NCBI GenBank assembly: GCA_012295275.1
Contig: CM022678.1
Span: forward strand, 2,418,001-2,482,000
Source: Chrysomallon squamiferum
Taxonomy: Eukaryota; Animalia; Mollusca
Length of the DNA stretch: 64,000 nucleotides
Direction: 5' to 3'
Part shown: positions 11,076 through 24,882 of the stretch, piece after piece
Numbering within the stretch: position 1 is the stretch's first letter
Layout of the letters: the number at the start of each line of letters is the position of its first letter
Made by a program: the position numbers and the translations under genes
The notes under the pieces: model-generated
The model's input: only the letters and a program-made list of their open reading frames with translations
Told to the model about the DNA's origin: nothing
Database searches by the model: none

Positions 11076-14000
11076 AGTCTACCAGGTCAGTGTTAAACTC
11101 AGTTGACTGGAGTGTCTATGTTGAAACAAGAGCAGAGAAAAGAGGTGTTGCACTTTTGAAGAGGAGCGGTGCTGTGATTGTAGTAGGATGTCCAGGTTCA
11201 GGAAAGACAACTCTAGCTTTAAGCATGATGAAACAGATAGAAAAAGAAGAAAAAAGAGAATCTTACTTCCTGACTCATCACAATGAATTCAGTGACATCT
11301 CTCCATCTAGAAAAAACAGATCTGTTGTTCTCATTGATGATATACTTGGTAAAACTAATCTTGTTTCAGATTGTATAAACAAACAGGAACACAAATTTTC
11401 AGAGCTATGGAATCTTGTTCTGTATGGTTCTGTGAAATGTATTATTACTTTAAGAAAACAAATATATTTAGAAAGTGAAATTAGTTTGAAGGAATTTGAT
11501 CTCTTTTGTGAGAATCCTGTTCTTGATCTGCAGAGTGATGACTGTTGTCTGAATTATGATGAAAAGGCAGAAATTCTAAACAAATATCTCAAACAAAAGG
11601 ATGTTCCAATGAATGAAACTGATAGAACGACTGTCATTTACAGTTCATATACAGAGTTAGGATTTCCTCAGATGTGTGTGTTTTATGTTAATTCAAGTGA
11701 TGCACAGAAAAGAGGAGTTGAGTTTTTTAAGAAACCTGTAGAATATCTCAAAGAAGAGCTGGAAAATTTGAAAACTGACAAATCTTCACAGATCAACTAC
11801 CTGGTTCTACTGTTGATCATGTTCAAACAAGGCAGTCTCAGCATTGATTCACTGGACCCTTTTGAAAATGACACTGACAGTGACATAATGAAATTAGTAA
11901 GAAAGCTAGAGCGATTCTGTCAGAGTGTAAAAAATACTGATCTTACAGATATAAAGAAAACTGCTGATGTAATGTGTGGTACATATTTGAAGTGTTGTGA
12001 CAATAAATACACATTTATTCACCAGTCAGTTTTTGACTGTTTGTTTCTGATGGTTTCATCAGAGTTTCCAAAGAAAGCAGCAGAGTTGCTAGAAGTGTGT
12101 CCAGTTTCCATATTGTTAGAATATGTTGTGACGCCTGGAGTGTCTAACAAAAGTCACATTACAATGACTCTGACACCTGACTGCTTTGATGTTCTTGCTC
12201 GCAGATTTACTGACCTGCTGGCATCAGACAATGCAAGAGAAATTATTTCACATCCATCACTGAAAGATGAAGAATTTCTGAAATATGTTACAGAGGAAAC
12301 TAACTTTTATGGTAGGCTCTCTGAAATACTGGATTACAGAGTATGTGGAAATAAATATTTTTACATATCATCTGTACATGCAGACAGTGTTAATGAAATA
12401 TTTAGCAATATTTCGTGTCTTCTTGACAGTGATTTAAAGTTTCATTTATTGGAATTTAATTTTTGTTATGTAAATTCATCATCTGTTGCAAGTGAGTGTG
12501 TTGCAAATGGACTAAGAACATTGTCACGATTTTTCACATCAAACTGGTGTAAAATGGAATTAACAGATCAGCAAAAAGAACTTTTGGGTATCTCTTGTTT
12601 GTTTGGTGATGAAGATGTTGTGAGAATGTTGCTAAAATCAGGAGTTGCACAAACATTTGTAACATTCTGTGCAGCTGCTTCTTCAAAAACAGACAGTGCT
12701 ACCATACTCAAAGAACTGTTACAGTATAAAAAAGAGATAAAATTGACTATGTGTTCTCACTTGCTGTATATTTCAATTTGTTCAGGTAACATGAACATTG
12801 CCTGTCTGTTGGCTGACATGATAAACACTAACAAACATAACAGTGAAATCAAGGAAAAAGCTGTGAAACTGTTATTGGTTAGATTTCATAGACAAGTACG
12901 ACTTAAATCAAGTAATATGTGTTTTGAAAACTTAAACACATTTAAAGTTTTTGATGTAGGCCACCTATTTAAGAAACTGGTTACCACTGATATAATAAAC
13001 AAAATTAAAGACATTGCTATCGTTGCTGCTGGTCAGAGTACTTCAAGTGTTATAAAAGAAATAGTAAAATTGAAACCTGATTGTTTAAATGATGAGAACA
13101 GAGATAAAGTACTTTTAGCAGCAGCAATGTGGGGATCTACTGACACAGTGAATTTTCTCATTGAGCAGAGATGTAATGATACAGATGAGAACAACTGGAA
13201 GAAAGGTGAAGTACTGAAAGTGGCAGTGATGTTTAACAGTGTAGATGTTGTTCAGTGTCTTCTTGATAAAGGAGCTGATCCTAATGTGAATACAGCTGTT
13301 AACCAGAAATTGATTCAGTTGTTTGAAGAGGAAATTAGATTAAAACTGGTGTCTGGTGACAAAACTAGTTTGAAATTGTTACCTTCAGACTCACCACTCC
13401 ACATTTCAGTTCTGTGTGGTGACTTACATATGCTAAAATCACTGATAGAGAGAAAAGCTGATGTTAATGCAGTAAACACTGAAGGTAAAACTCCTCTGCT
13501 TCTGTCATTAAGTTATGACAAACCTGAAATAGCTTTATATTTACAACAGCATGGAGCTGATCCTAATTCAAGAGACAATGATAACAATTCTGTTTTACAT
13601 CTAGCAGCTAAACATGAATATAAGGAAATTAAAACAGCACTGATTGAAACCAGTGAAAAAAATAATGTTTGGCCATCTTCTCCTGAAAAGCAGGACAAAC
13701 TAGTTTTGTATTTACTAAAACATGCAACTGGTCATTATTTAACAGAGAAAGATACCAATTCTGTTTTACATCTAGCAGCTGTGCATGGAAACATAGAAAT
13801 TGTGACAGCACTCATTAAAAAAGGTGTTGATGTAAATATTAAAAACTGTAGAGGTGAAACTCCTCTCTTTAGTGCTGTTAATTTTGATGAAGATAAATTC
13901 TGTCCATCTCTGAATTATGGAAAATGGCAAGTATTTTCTTATTTACTGGAACTTGGAGCTGATCCTAATTTAACAGACAGTGATAACAATTCTGTTTTAC

Positions 14001-15397
14001 ACCAAGCAGCTGCACATGGAAATACAGAAATTGTGAAGGCACTGATTGAAAAAGGTGTTGATGTCAATATGAAAAATAGTAAAGATGAAACTCCCCTTTT
14101 TATAGCTGTGAACTGTAATCATACCAAAGTAGTTGTGAGTTTACTGGAACATGGAGCTGATCCTAATTTAACATACAATGACAACAATTCTGCTTTACAC
14201 CAAGCAGCTGCACATGGAAATACAGAAATTGTGAAGGCACTGATTGAAAAAGGTGTTGATGTAAATATTAAAAACTGTAGAGGTGAAACTCCTCTCTTTA
14301 GTGCTGTTAATTTTGATGAAGATAAATTTTGTCCATCTCTGAATTATGGCAAATGGCAAGTATTTTCTTATTTACTGGAACATGGAGCTGATCCTAATTT
14401 AAGAGACAGTGATAACAATTCTGTTTTACACCAAGCAGCTGCACATGGAAATACAGAAATTGTGACTGTACTGATTGAAAAAGGTTTTGATGTAAATATG
14501 AAAAATAGTATGGGTGAAACTCCTCTTTTTATAGCTGTGAACTGTAATCATACCAAAGTAGTTGTGAGTTTACTGGAACATGGAGCTGATCCTAATTTAA
14601 CATACAATGACAACAATTCTGTTTTACACCAAGCAGCTGCACATGGAAATACAGAAATTGTGAAGGCACTGATTGAAATAGGAGTTGATGTCAATATGAA
14701 AAATAGTAAAGGTGAAACTCCTCTTTTTAAAGCTGTGAACTCTCATAAGAACAAAGTAGTTTTGTATTTACTGGAACATGGAGCTGATCCTGAGATAACA
14801 GATAATGATAACAATTCTGTTTTACACCAAGCAGCTGCACATGGAAATACAGAAATTGTGAAGGCACTGATTGAAAAAGGTGTTGATGTTAATATTAAAA
14901 ACAGCCGAGGTGAAACTCCTCTTTTTGCAGTTGTTTATTATGATGAAGGTGAGCTTGAACTTAATCGATGTCTGAATGATGACCATCCTGATTTACACCA
15001 GTCAGCTGAATATGGAAATATGGAATTGATGACCCTTGCGCCCAAATCATTAGGTTCTGGAATTGTTGTAAACAGTCGAGGTGAAACTGCTTTTCTTGCA
15101 GCTCATAAGAACAAAGTATTTTTTTATTTATTGGAACATGGAGCTGATCCCAATTTAAGAGACAATGACAACAATTCTGTTTTATTCTTAGCAGCTAAAC
15201 ATCAGAATATAGAAATTGTGACAGCACTGATTGAAGAAGGTTTTTATCTTAATCGTGATGAACTTGACACATTGCTGAAAGATAAAAAATGTCAAGCAAG
15301 TTTTGATTTACTAGAACATGTAGCTGATCGTAATTCTGTTTTACACATAGAAAGTATACCAATTTTTAAAACATCTAATTCAAAAGATAAATACTGA
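11076..15397 (+). CDS. Gene A terminal exon: STAND (nSTAND3-like) P-loop NTPase plus ankyrin repeats
   Basis: 1435-aa ORF extended to the in-frame acceptor TACAG|. Walker A GCPGSGKT (11186-11209), Walker B VVLIDDILG, FIHQSVFD motif, many GETPLF..A / NSVLH.AA..G ankyrin repeats. Confidence 0.93.
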
Positions 15398-17374
15398 AAA
15401 CTCAGTTGATGTTATTAATTCCAGTGATTAAACTGCTCTTGATAAACCTGAGAGTTGACAATTGCTTTGTAAGAAATGAGAAACTGTTTTGTATTTACAG
15501 GAGAATGGTGCTAAAGATAGTAACAGATAAATAAAATTTGTTATAAAACCTCTGAACATTTTGATTTAATACTTTATGTATGCAGACTGTCACTTATAAG
15601 TGGAAGATTATCTGGTGAAAAAATTTCAAAATACTGCAGAAAACTTTATATATCAAAAAGATGTTCATAATAAACATAATGAAGAAATCTAAATTTTCTT
15701 TGTAATTTTTGTGGTTCAAAGTTTTTGTATTCAAATATTTTGTTGTAACCAGATGTTTTATAATATTGTGTATCTTTATGAAATTATTACTTTCTTATTT
15801 CTTTTCACTGAAACACTTTGGAGGACTTACTGCACAATTCTATTTAAAAAAGTGTTAAGATATGTTAGGGTTCCCAGGAATAAAACATAATACAACAGTA
15901 CTAATACTGATGTTAATTTTGATCAGGTTATTCAGTCAGTGAAAAGTCAGGCAGTTTTTAAATCAGATTTGTTATTCATGATTTGATTATTACTTGTGTT
16001 GCTGTTAGACTGTTCATGTGTGAAAATATCTGTTAAACAGGATGTTATAATTAAACTTGTGTTTTAATTTTGAGTGCAAAATTTTTGATGTATATTTTTT
16101 TATTTTATACAGTTGTTCTTATTACTAAATGTTTTACTGTTTGTACTAAGTAAACTTGTTAAATTTAAAGGTTTTATTTTATTTTATTTTCAAATGTAAA
16201 GTTTATATACAATTTGATTTGATAAAATTGTTGTGTTATTTTTGCTATGTTTATGGTAGTAAACTATTATAATGTTTAATATAAGATTTTTTGTATATTT
16301 TTATTTTATTTTTTAATAAATGTATTTGTATTTTAAAGTATATATATGTAGACATGTTTTACTATAATAAGCATATTTTACGTGTTATAGTCTATTTCTT
16401 ACTGTTACTTTGGTTTATTTTATTGTCATAAAAATCTGCATTTGTTTTTCTCTTACTGATTATGAGATTCTTTCTTTGAATATTTCAATTTGACTAAATC
16501 ATCATTAGAAAATGTAGCGTAACAAAATTAATAAAACAAATTCATTTGTCTACATTTATATAATTAACAGAAAAAGTGCACAGTAATGTACAGAGTTAAC
16601 ATTTTCATACTTAACTGTTTTTGATGTATAGCAAAGATAACCTATTATATATATATATTAGAAAAACTAAAAAATCAGTAAAGTAAATAAAAGTTGAGTG
16701 TAGAAATATATTTAGTTAATAATGTTTATATATGTGTGTGTGTGTTTAATAATTCTAAAATATTCTATAAATGCAAGTATATATTAGGAATATTTTTATT
16801 TAATAATGACTACATATGACTCTAATAATTATAAAATAGTGAATAATTAATAAATTAAATTTAAAATGAAAATAGGATTTTTTTTTTTTCTGCTTAATAG
16901 TGTTTACATTTTTTCTATTTAATAATTATAAAATAGTGAGTAATTAATAAAGTGAATTTAAGTTGAAATTAGGAATAATGTTTACATTTTTCTGTTCAAT
17001 AATTTTAATATATGAATAATTAATCAAATAAATTTAATTTTAACTTATGAGCAGTTTTAAAGTTTACATTTTTTTATTTAACAATTGTAAACTAGTGAAT
17101 ACATAGTAAGATAAATTTAAGATTATTTTCGTAGTATTTTTATTTGATGGTGTTTATCTGTTTAATTAATAAAGTATATGTAAGTTTAAATTAGAAATAG
17201 TTTAGTTAATAGTGTTTATAGTTAACTGTTGACATTGAACTATGAGTGTTAAGTTGAATTGATTTAATTTGTGAAATGAAATTTTAATACTACCTTTATT
17301 TTATTTGTAAATAACTTGCATCAAATTACTTTTTAATGAATAATAACAACAACAGATACATGGTTGTTGGTGTT

Positions 17375-17415
<41 letters not shown>

Positions 17416-17977
17416 CCAAAATTATTTTGAGGAATGTATTGGACTTTATATTACCTTGAATGATAGCTTTGTACATAAAAAACAATGAAAGATAAAATAG
17501 AAATAAAATTAAAAAATGTTTATTTATTTATTTATATATTATTATTATTTTATTTTTGTTATATTTCTTTATTTATTTACATTATTTGGCTTCTGTTTGA
17601 TGTTTCTTTCCTTATAGAAATTATGTATGAAATCATTTAGTTATTAAATTATATATATATATAATTATTATTAATAAATTTTATATGATGTAGTACAGAG
17701 AAGTAATTTTAGATTTTCTTATTCCATTTAAACATTTGTTTTTTTAACTATTGTTTTGTCATTATTATTATTAAAAATATATATATGTTTACCAATGTGC
17801 TAATCATTAAATTATATTGAATAATTGTAGAAATACTTTGTATTTTTTGACAATTTTTTTCGTTACAGAAATTATTTTATATATAATATTATTTTGTTAC
17901 TGAATTTTGAATTTTATTTTTATTATGTGAGGTAATTTTAGATTGTTTTTTTGTTTTTATTATTGTTGTTATTGCCA

Positions 17978-18038
<61 letters not shown>

Positions 18039-18753
18039 AGGGAATCTGTTCACTTAATTTATTCATTTATTTATTTTTTATTTTTACTTTTATCAAGTTA
18101 ATCATTTGAATATACTGAATGAATTTTCATATATATGTGTGTGTGTGCATGTTTGTATATATGTATGTATGTATATATTCAACATACAGTTTTATAATTA
18201 ACTGTGTCTTTAATGAATGTATAAAAAGCCATAAATGGTGAATGTTTCTCATTTGTTACATATCCATTTGTTAAAGTTAGTTGAACAGTTAATAATATTA
18301 GTACAACAGTCTCCTGTGATCAATTGTTTTTCATTTTATTGTTATTAAATACAATGAAAATAAAGAATAATAAAAAAAAAATTAAAAAGAATTTACTGAA
18401 TGTCATAATAATAATGATGATAACAAGAAAGACAGAAGAAATAATATCCTAATGTTTATATAGCTGAGACATGTTAATGTACTTTTATATACTTTATGTA
18501 GCACAATAAGTTTATCTACGATTGTCACAAAAAGCAGCAAATCAGTTTAACAAAATACTTGGTTTGGTTGGTTGTGCAAGTCACGTGATAGAGGGGTTGT
18601 CTTAAGCTGTTGTTTTTGTTGGGATTAGTGACAAAAAACAATTAATCAACTTTCCAGTAACATCGGTAATCAAACTGCTTTAAATTGCTTTGTGTTTGTT
18701 TTTTGTTTTGACTTCTGGTATATTGCAATAGAGATTAATTGCTTAATTATTCC

Positions 18754-19239
18754 CTAAGCTAATTGTGTCACAACTGAAAGATGAGTCTATTATTGTATGC
18801 TAGGTAGCTAAGCTAATTGTGTAACAACTGGAAGATGAGTCTATTATTGTATGCTAGGTAGCTAAGCTAATTGTGTAACAACTGGAAGATGAGTCTATTA
18901 TTGTATGCTAGGTAGCTAAGCTAATTGTGTAACAACTGGAAGATGAGTCTATTATTGTATGCTAGGTAGCTAAGCTAATTGTGTAACAACTGGAAGATGA
19001 GTCTATTATTGTATGCTAGGTAGCTAAGCTAATTGTGTAACAACTGGAAGATGAGTCTGTCATTGTATGCTAGGTAACTAAGCTAATTGTGTAACCACTG
19101 GAAGATGAGTCTATCATTGTATGCTAGGTAGCTAAGCTAACTGTGTAACAACTGGAAGATGAGTCTATTATTGTATGCTAGGTAACTAAGCTAATTGTGT
19201 AACAACCGGAAGATGAGTCTATTATTGTATGCTAGGTAG
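18754..19239. repeat. 54-bp minisatellite, 9 units
   Basis: CTAAGCTAATTGTGTAACAACTGGAAGATGAGTCTATTATTGTATGCTAGGTAG x9 (486 bp). Confidence 0.95.
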
Positions 19240-19447
19240 AGGGCATCTGATTACCAATTCGGTCATGAACTGTGTTTTTATAAGGCATGTGACAAATGGA
19301 TGTGTACAAAATGGGATGATACTGATAAGAGTACCACTTGGTTGTGAAAGTCCATTAAACTGCTAATGTCTTAAAATAATAATTAAATATCATAAAACTA
19401 ATTTTATTATATTGAATACTAAATGAAACATATAATAAACGTTATTA

Positions 19448-19479
<32 letters not shown>

Positions 19480-19677
19480 CACAATATAATCTTATTAAAT
19501 AAGTAAATACTAAATCTGATATTATTATTATTATTATTAATATGCAGTGTATTGCAATTAATTTTTATTATTAATATGGAGTATTGTTATTAATTATTAT
19601 TATTACGATTATTATTATTATTATTATTATTAATATTATTATTAATATGGAGTGTATTTTAATTAATTAATTAATTA

Positions 19678-19715
<38 letters not shown>

Positions 19716-20034
19716 CATTATTAACACGGAGTGTATTGTAAGGCCATTAACAGTTATAATAAATATGCTTTACAAATGGTAATTACTTTTGTTTTCTTTA
19801 TCAGATGAAGTATATTTAAAAAACAAAACCACACTGCAGTGGAATAATTCAGTGTATGAGTTCAGCCTGACTTTCACTAGTGACACTGAATTACACACCA
19901 GCATGTCTGCTAACTCTGCTAATGGAATCTTCCATGCAAGTAAATTGTGGAATGTTCTAACATAACACAGGCCCAGTTTATTATGTTAATTTCCTCATAA
20001 AAAGTAAATTAGTCATGTCATGTTTGACATGTTT

Positions 20035-21563
20035 TAGTGTATATTCTCTAGGTTTGGGGTGGAATGCAATATTTGTTATGTTTCAATGTATTTTCTTAGG
20101 AATTGGGGTAGAGTGTGATAAATGTAATGTTTGGTATATTTCAGTGTATATTTTCTAGGTTGGGGTAGATGTGATAAATGTAATGTTTCGTATATTTCAG
20201 TGTAGATTCTCTAGGTTGGGGTAGAGTATGATAAATGTAATGTTTGGTATATTTCAGTGTATATTCCCTAGGTTGGGGTAGAATCTGATAAATGTAATGC
20301 TTGGAATGTTCCAGTGAATATTCTTTAGGTTGGGGTAGAGTATAATAAATGTAATGTTTGGTGTATTTCAGTGTATATTCTCTAGGTTGGGTAGAGTATG
20401 ATAAATGTAATGTTTGGTATATTTCAGTGTATATTCGCGAGGTTGGGGTAGAGTATGATAAATGTAATGTTTGGTATGTTTCAGTGTATATTTTCTAGGT
20501 TGGGGTGGAGTATAATAAATGTAATGTTTGGTATGTTTCAGTGTATATTCTCTAGGTTGAGGTAGAGTATGATAAATTTAATGTTTGGTATGTTTCAGTG
20601 TATATTCTCTAGGTTGAGGTAGAGTATGATAAATGTAATGTTTGGTATGTTTCAGTGTATATTCTCTAGGTTGAGGTAGAGTATGATAAATTTAATGTTT
20701 GGTATGTTTCAGTGTATATTCTCTAGGTTGAGGTAGAGTATGATAAATGTAATGTTTGGTATGTTTCAGTGTATATTCTCTAGGTTGAGGTAGAGTATGA
20801 TAAATTTAATGTTTGGTATGTTTCAGTGTATATTTGTCTAGGTTGGTGTAGAGTGTGATAAATGTAATGTTTGGTATGTTTCAGTGTATATTCTCTAGGT
20901 TGGGTGGAGTATGATAAATGTAATGTTTGGTATATTTCAGTGTATATTCTCTAGGTTGGGGTGGAGTATGATAAATGTAATGTTTGGTATGTTTCAGTGT
21001 ATATTCTCTAGGTTGGGTGGAGTATGATAAATGTAATGTTTGGTATATTTCAGTGTATATTCTCTAGGTTGGGGTGGAGTATGATAAATGTAATGTTTGG
21101 TATATTTCAGTGTATATTCTCTAGGTTGGGTAAAGTATGATAAATGTAATGTTTGGTATGTTAAAGTGTATATTCTCTAGGTTGGGGTAGAGTATGATAA
21201 ATGTAATGTTTGGTATGTTTCAGTGAATATTCTCTAGGTTGGGTGGAGTATGATAAATGTAATGTTTGGTATGATAAAGTGTATATTCTCTAGGTTGGGT
21301 TGCAGTTTGATAAATGTAATGTTTGGTATATTTCAGTGTATATTCTCTATGTTGGGGTGGAGCATGATAAATGTAATGTTTGGTATATTTCAGTGTATAT
21401 TCTCTAGGTTGGGGTAGAGTATGATAAATGTAATATTTGGTATATTTCAGTGTATATTCTCTAGGTTGGGGTAGAGTATGATAAATGCAATGTTTGGTAT
21501 ATTTCAGTGTATATTCTCTAGGTTGGGGTAGAGTATGATAAATGTTATGTTTGGTATGTTTCA
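20035..21563. repeat. 56-57-bp minisatellite, ~27 units
   Basis: Consensus TCAGTGTATATTCTCTAGGTTGGGGTAGAGTATGATAAATGTAATGTTTGGTATATT. It explains the 19-aa periodic ORF at 21220-21564. Confidence 0.95.
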
Positions 21564-21679
21564 AGCTGGTTGCTCTGTGACTAAACAGGGAATGATGATT
21601 CCAAGCAGCAGCACAGAAAACAACATATTCATTAATCCAAGTATATTGGTATATTGACTGTGTTGGTAAAGAAATAAAT

Positions 21680-21729
<50 letters not shown>

Positions 21730-21770
21730 TATATATATATATATAATGTTTTTATTACATATATATACTC

Positions 21771-21850
21771 ACTCAGTATATATTAAATAAAATGTTCTTA
21801 TTACATATATATATAATAAGAACATTTTATTAAATATATACCGACTGAGT
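21771..21850. repeat. Short AT-rich inverted repeat (copy 2 at 57984-58067)
   Basis: AATAAAATGTTCTTATTA ... TAATAAGAACATTTTATT arms, closed by ACTCAGT/ACTGAGT. Confidence 0.85.
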
Positions 21851-22976
21851 TGAAGGTAAAGTTTCTGTGAGTTTTCTGTTACTTGTAGCCAGGGATTTCA
21901 GACTGATGTCACTCACAGTACAGAACCTCAGCAATCAGATCTTTCTCCTGTTTTTATATCTGCTTCCACATTCCTTGTGAAAAAACCCATAACAAAATTC
22001 AAATAAGAAAATGTTTCCTGAAATGTTGGCTGTTGACAGTACATTATGCAGTAGGTTGTTATAAACAGAGTTCACTGTAATATCTTTAGTCTGCATAAAA
22101 ACAATCTTAATTCTTTTGTCTGTAGAAAAAAACAGCATACTCTCTGGAATCTTTCACAAGAAAATATAATCTCTTATGTTTGTGTAAAAACTTGAATCTC
22201 TTTCAAGTGTCAAAAAAAGAAGAAAAAAGACAACAACAGTATAATATGTTTAGTCTGTTTTTATTTTGGTAACAGTATAGTATTAAGATTAAATAATTAT
22301 ATGAAATACTATATATCTACACACAGTGACATAAATTAAAATACTCTTTGACACACACCTACACAATAACCCATTAAAATGCTCGCAGACATAATAATAA
22401 TAATAATAATAATAGTAATAATAAGAATAATAAGAATAATAAGAATAAGAATAAGAATAATAATATATGTACTCCACATCTGGTACTTTCTACACCTAGA
22501 GTAACACACTTTAATTATCAACACAAACACACAAACAAAAGTACATTAAATACTTGCTAAGTCAGATGTATGTTAAAATGCTCACTAACTTTTACTGAAC
22601 AAAATACATTAAAACTATCACAGACATAAACAAAGCAACCACTAAGAATATCTTCATTAACCTTGATGAAGAATTTAACAAAATTTCTCTTTATTAATTG
22701 AAATTATTGATAGGAGGAAGGAAATATAAATAATTCTGTTATGGAATGATTCCTGTCATGTTTTTTCAGTGGTTGAGAGGGTGTGGCTTATGTGCTGTAT
22801 AGTGTGTTACAAAGAAAGCAAGCTATAATTGCTTTTTTAAAATTATTTTTTTATTATTTTATTTTGTTTTATAAAATCAGGTAGCAATACAGTGAAAATA
22901 AATTCTGTGGGTCTTGACAGCTATTGCGCAAAGAAAGAAATTGTTGTTATTGCTATTATTATTATTATTATTATTA

Positions 22977-23026
<50 letters not shown>

Positions 23027-23264
23027 GTTATTATTATTATTATACTTGAGTTATTTCACTTTTTTTATTTTCTCATTCTGTATGGCTATTTCCCCCTCAC
23101 ACTTCAGTGTGTATGCATGTGTGTGTGTGTGTGTGTCTGTGCATGTGTGTATGTGTGTGTTTGTATTCTAATATAAAATGAACTAAATATTAAGTATATA
23201 TGTACATAAGTATGCAAGCATGTATGTATATATGTATGTATGTATGTATGCCTGTATCTATATT

Positions 23265-23303
<39 letters not shown>

Positions 23304-23793
23304 GTGTGTGTGCATGTGGCTGCGTGTATGTGTAAAGAAAGTGACCATGTTTTCATTCATGGAGGGGAAGTAACTTTACTGTTGCTACAGAGGATTTCAG
23401 TTAATAAACAGGTATTATGTTTGAAATAAAAATAATAATAAAAAGAAAATTAAAAAAAAGTTAAAAAGTTAAAATGAAAGATTATATATATAGATAATAA
23501 TAAAAGCATTGTATGTCTAAAGGGAAAAATAATTTTATTTAATATTAACTGTTTCTGGTATCATAGACAGAGAAATACAGATTGCTTTTTCGGGTCAATG
23601 TAAGGTATTTCATGTAAATATTGAAGACAGTTATAGAAATATGATAATTTACAAACTACAAGCAGAGTGATGAATCCAACCTATGACTTGCTTTGCAAAC
23701 TTGTCTTGTTCTGTACATTCTACAGCTATAATACTAAAGTATATTTTAGAATTTTGTTTGAAACAATAAATAAATAAATAAATAAACCAACAA

Positions 23794-23846
<53 letters not shown>

Positions 23847-24315
23847 ATAAAAACATTTTATTTAATGTTAAGACTACCAGGTATCAGAGATAGAGAAATA
23901 CAAGTTTATTGTTGAAGTCAATGTTAGGTATTAGATGTAAATATTGAAAACAGAAATATAAAAATTTACAAACTGCAACCAGAGTGAAAAGTCATTTTGA
24001 ATAAAACCTAGACACAACCTCAGTCTAGTTTTGAAAATCAAACATAACATTTAAGTATATTTTAGAATTTTAACTAACAGTCATGTTCTTATTGTTTTAT
24101 TATAGTGAAGTGTGCATATGTGCAAATGTGTCTTTATTTGCTTGTGTGTGTGTGTATTTCTATATGTACGTATGTGTTAGTAATTTAAACAAATACAATA
24201 TTTACTTATTTATAATTCAGTTTAATCCATCTTTAGACTTTAGGTGAGTGCATATTATTAAACTCTGTACATATTTTATTTCATTTTATTATTATTATTA
24301 TTATTATTATTAGAG

Positions 24316-24348
<33 letters not shown>

Positions 24349-24835
24349 ACATTTTATCACAACACTATATTATATTTTTTCATATAATTTTATTTATTTA
24401 TTACTACTACTACAAATAAAATAGAAGTTAAAAGAAAATACATTATTTAGAGAATTTTATAACACAGAATGGATGTACATCAATATGTTGAAATATTAGC
24501 CACAGGAAGAAATAAATGTGTATCACTAAATGCTATGAACGATAAAGAATCTGATAATCTTTGCACTAACACGTCACTAAATATTTCTATTAATATCTAT
24601 CAGATTTCCTCTTCGTGTGCTTACTCGTCGTAACAGGTGTATATCACTGATCATAGTTTTGTGTACGTTTAAATATTTTATTTAATCGTCTGGACTGTGT
24701 GATAAATTATTGCATTTGGATGTGTGTGTATATCGGTGTGAGTGTAATAATATTGTTACCGGTGAAAGCAGAAAAAATAAATTATCTATCGTTATTCTTT
24801 TCGTTTTCTTTTCTTTTTGATTAATTATTGTTAGG

Positions 24836-24882
<47 letters not shown>

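Noticed and set aside
11090-15397. Naming the ORFs as ankyrin-1/2/3, PP6 ankyrin subunit, latrotoxin, or a bacterial/viral transfer
   Set aside because: Such labels reflect generic ankyrin similarity. The STAND domain and intron-containing 5' structure indicate a distinct, resident eukaryotic family.
18754-19239. CRISPR-like appearance of the 54-bp and 57-bp arrays
   Set aside because: Units are head-to-tail with no unique spacers, there are no cas genes, and the context is eukaryotic.
19805-19940. Exon-like segment / 66-aa ORF (copy at 56799-56999)
   Set aside because: No recognisable product, copy 1 has an earlier stop, and the similarity is explained by the duplication.
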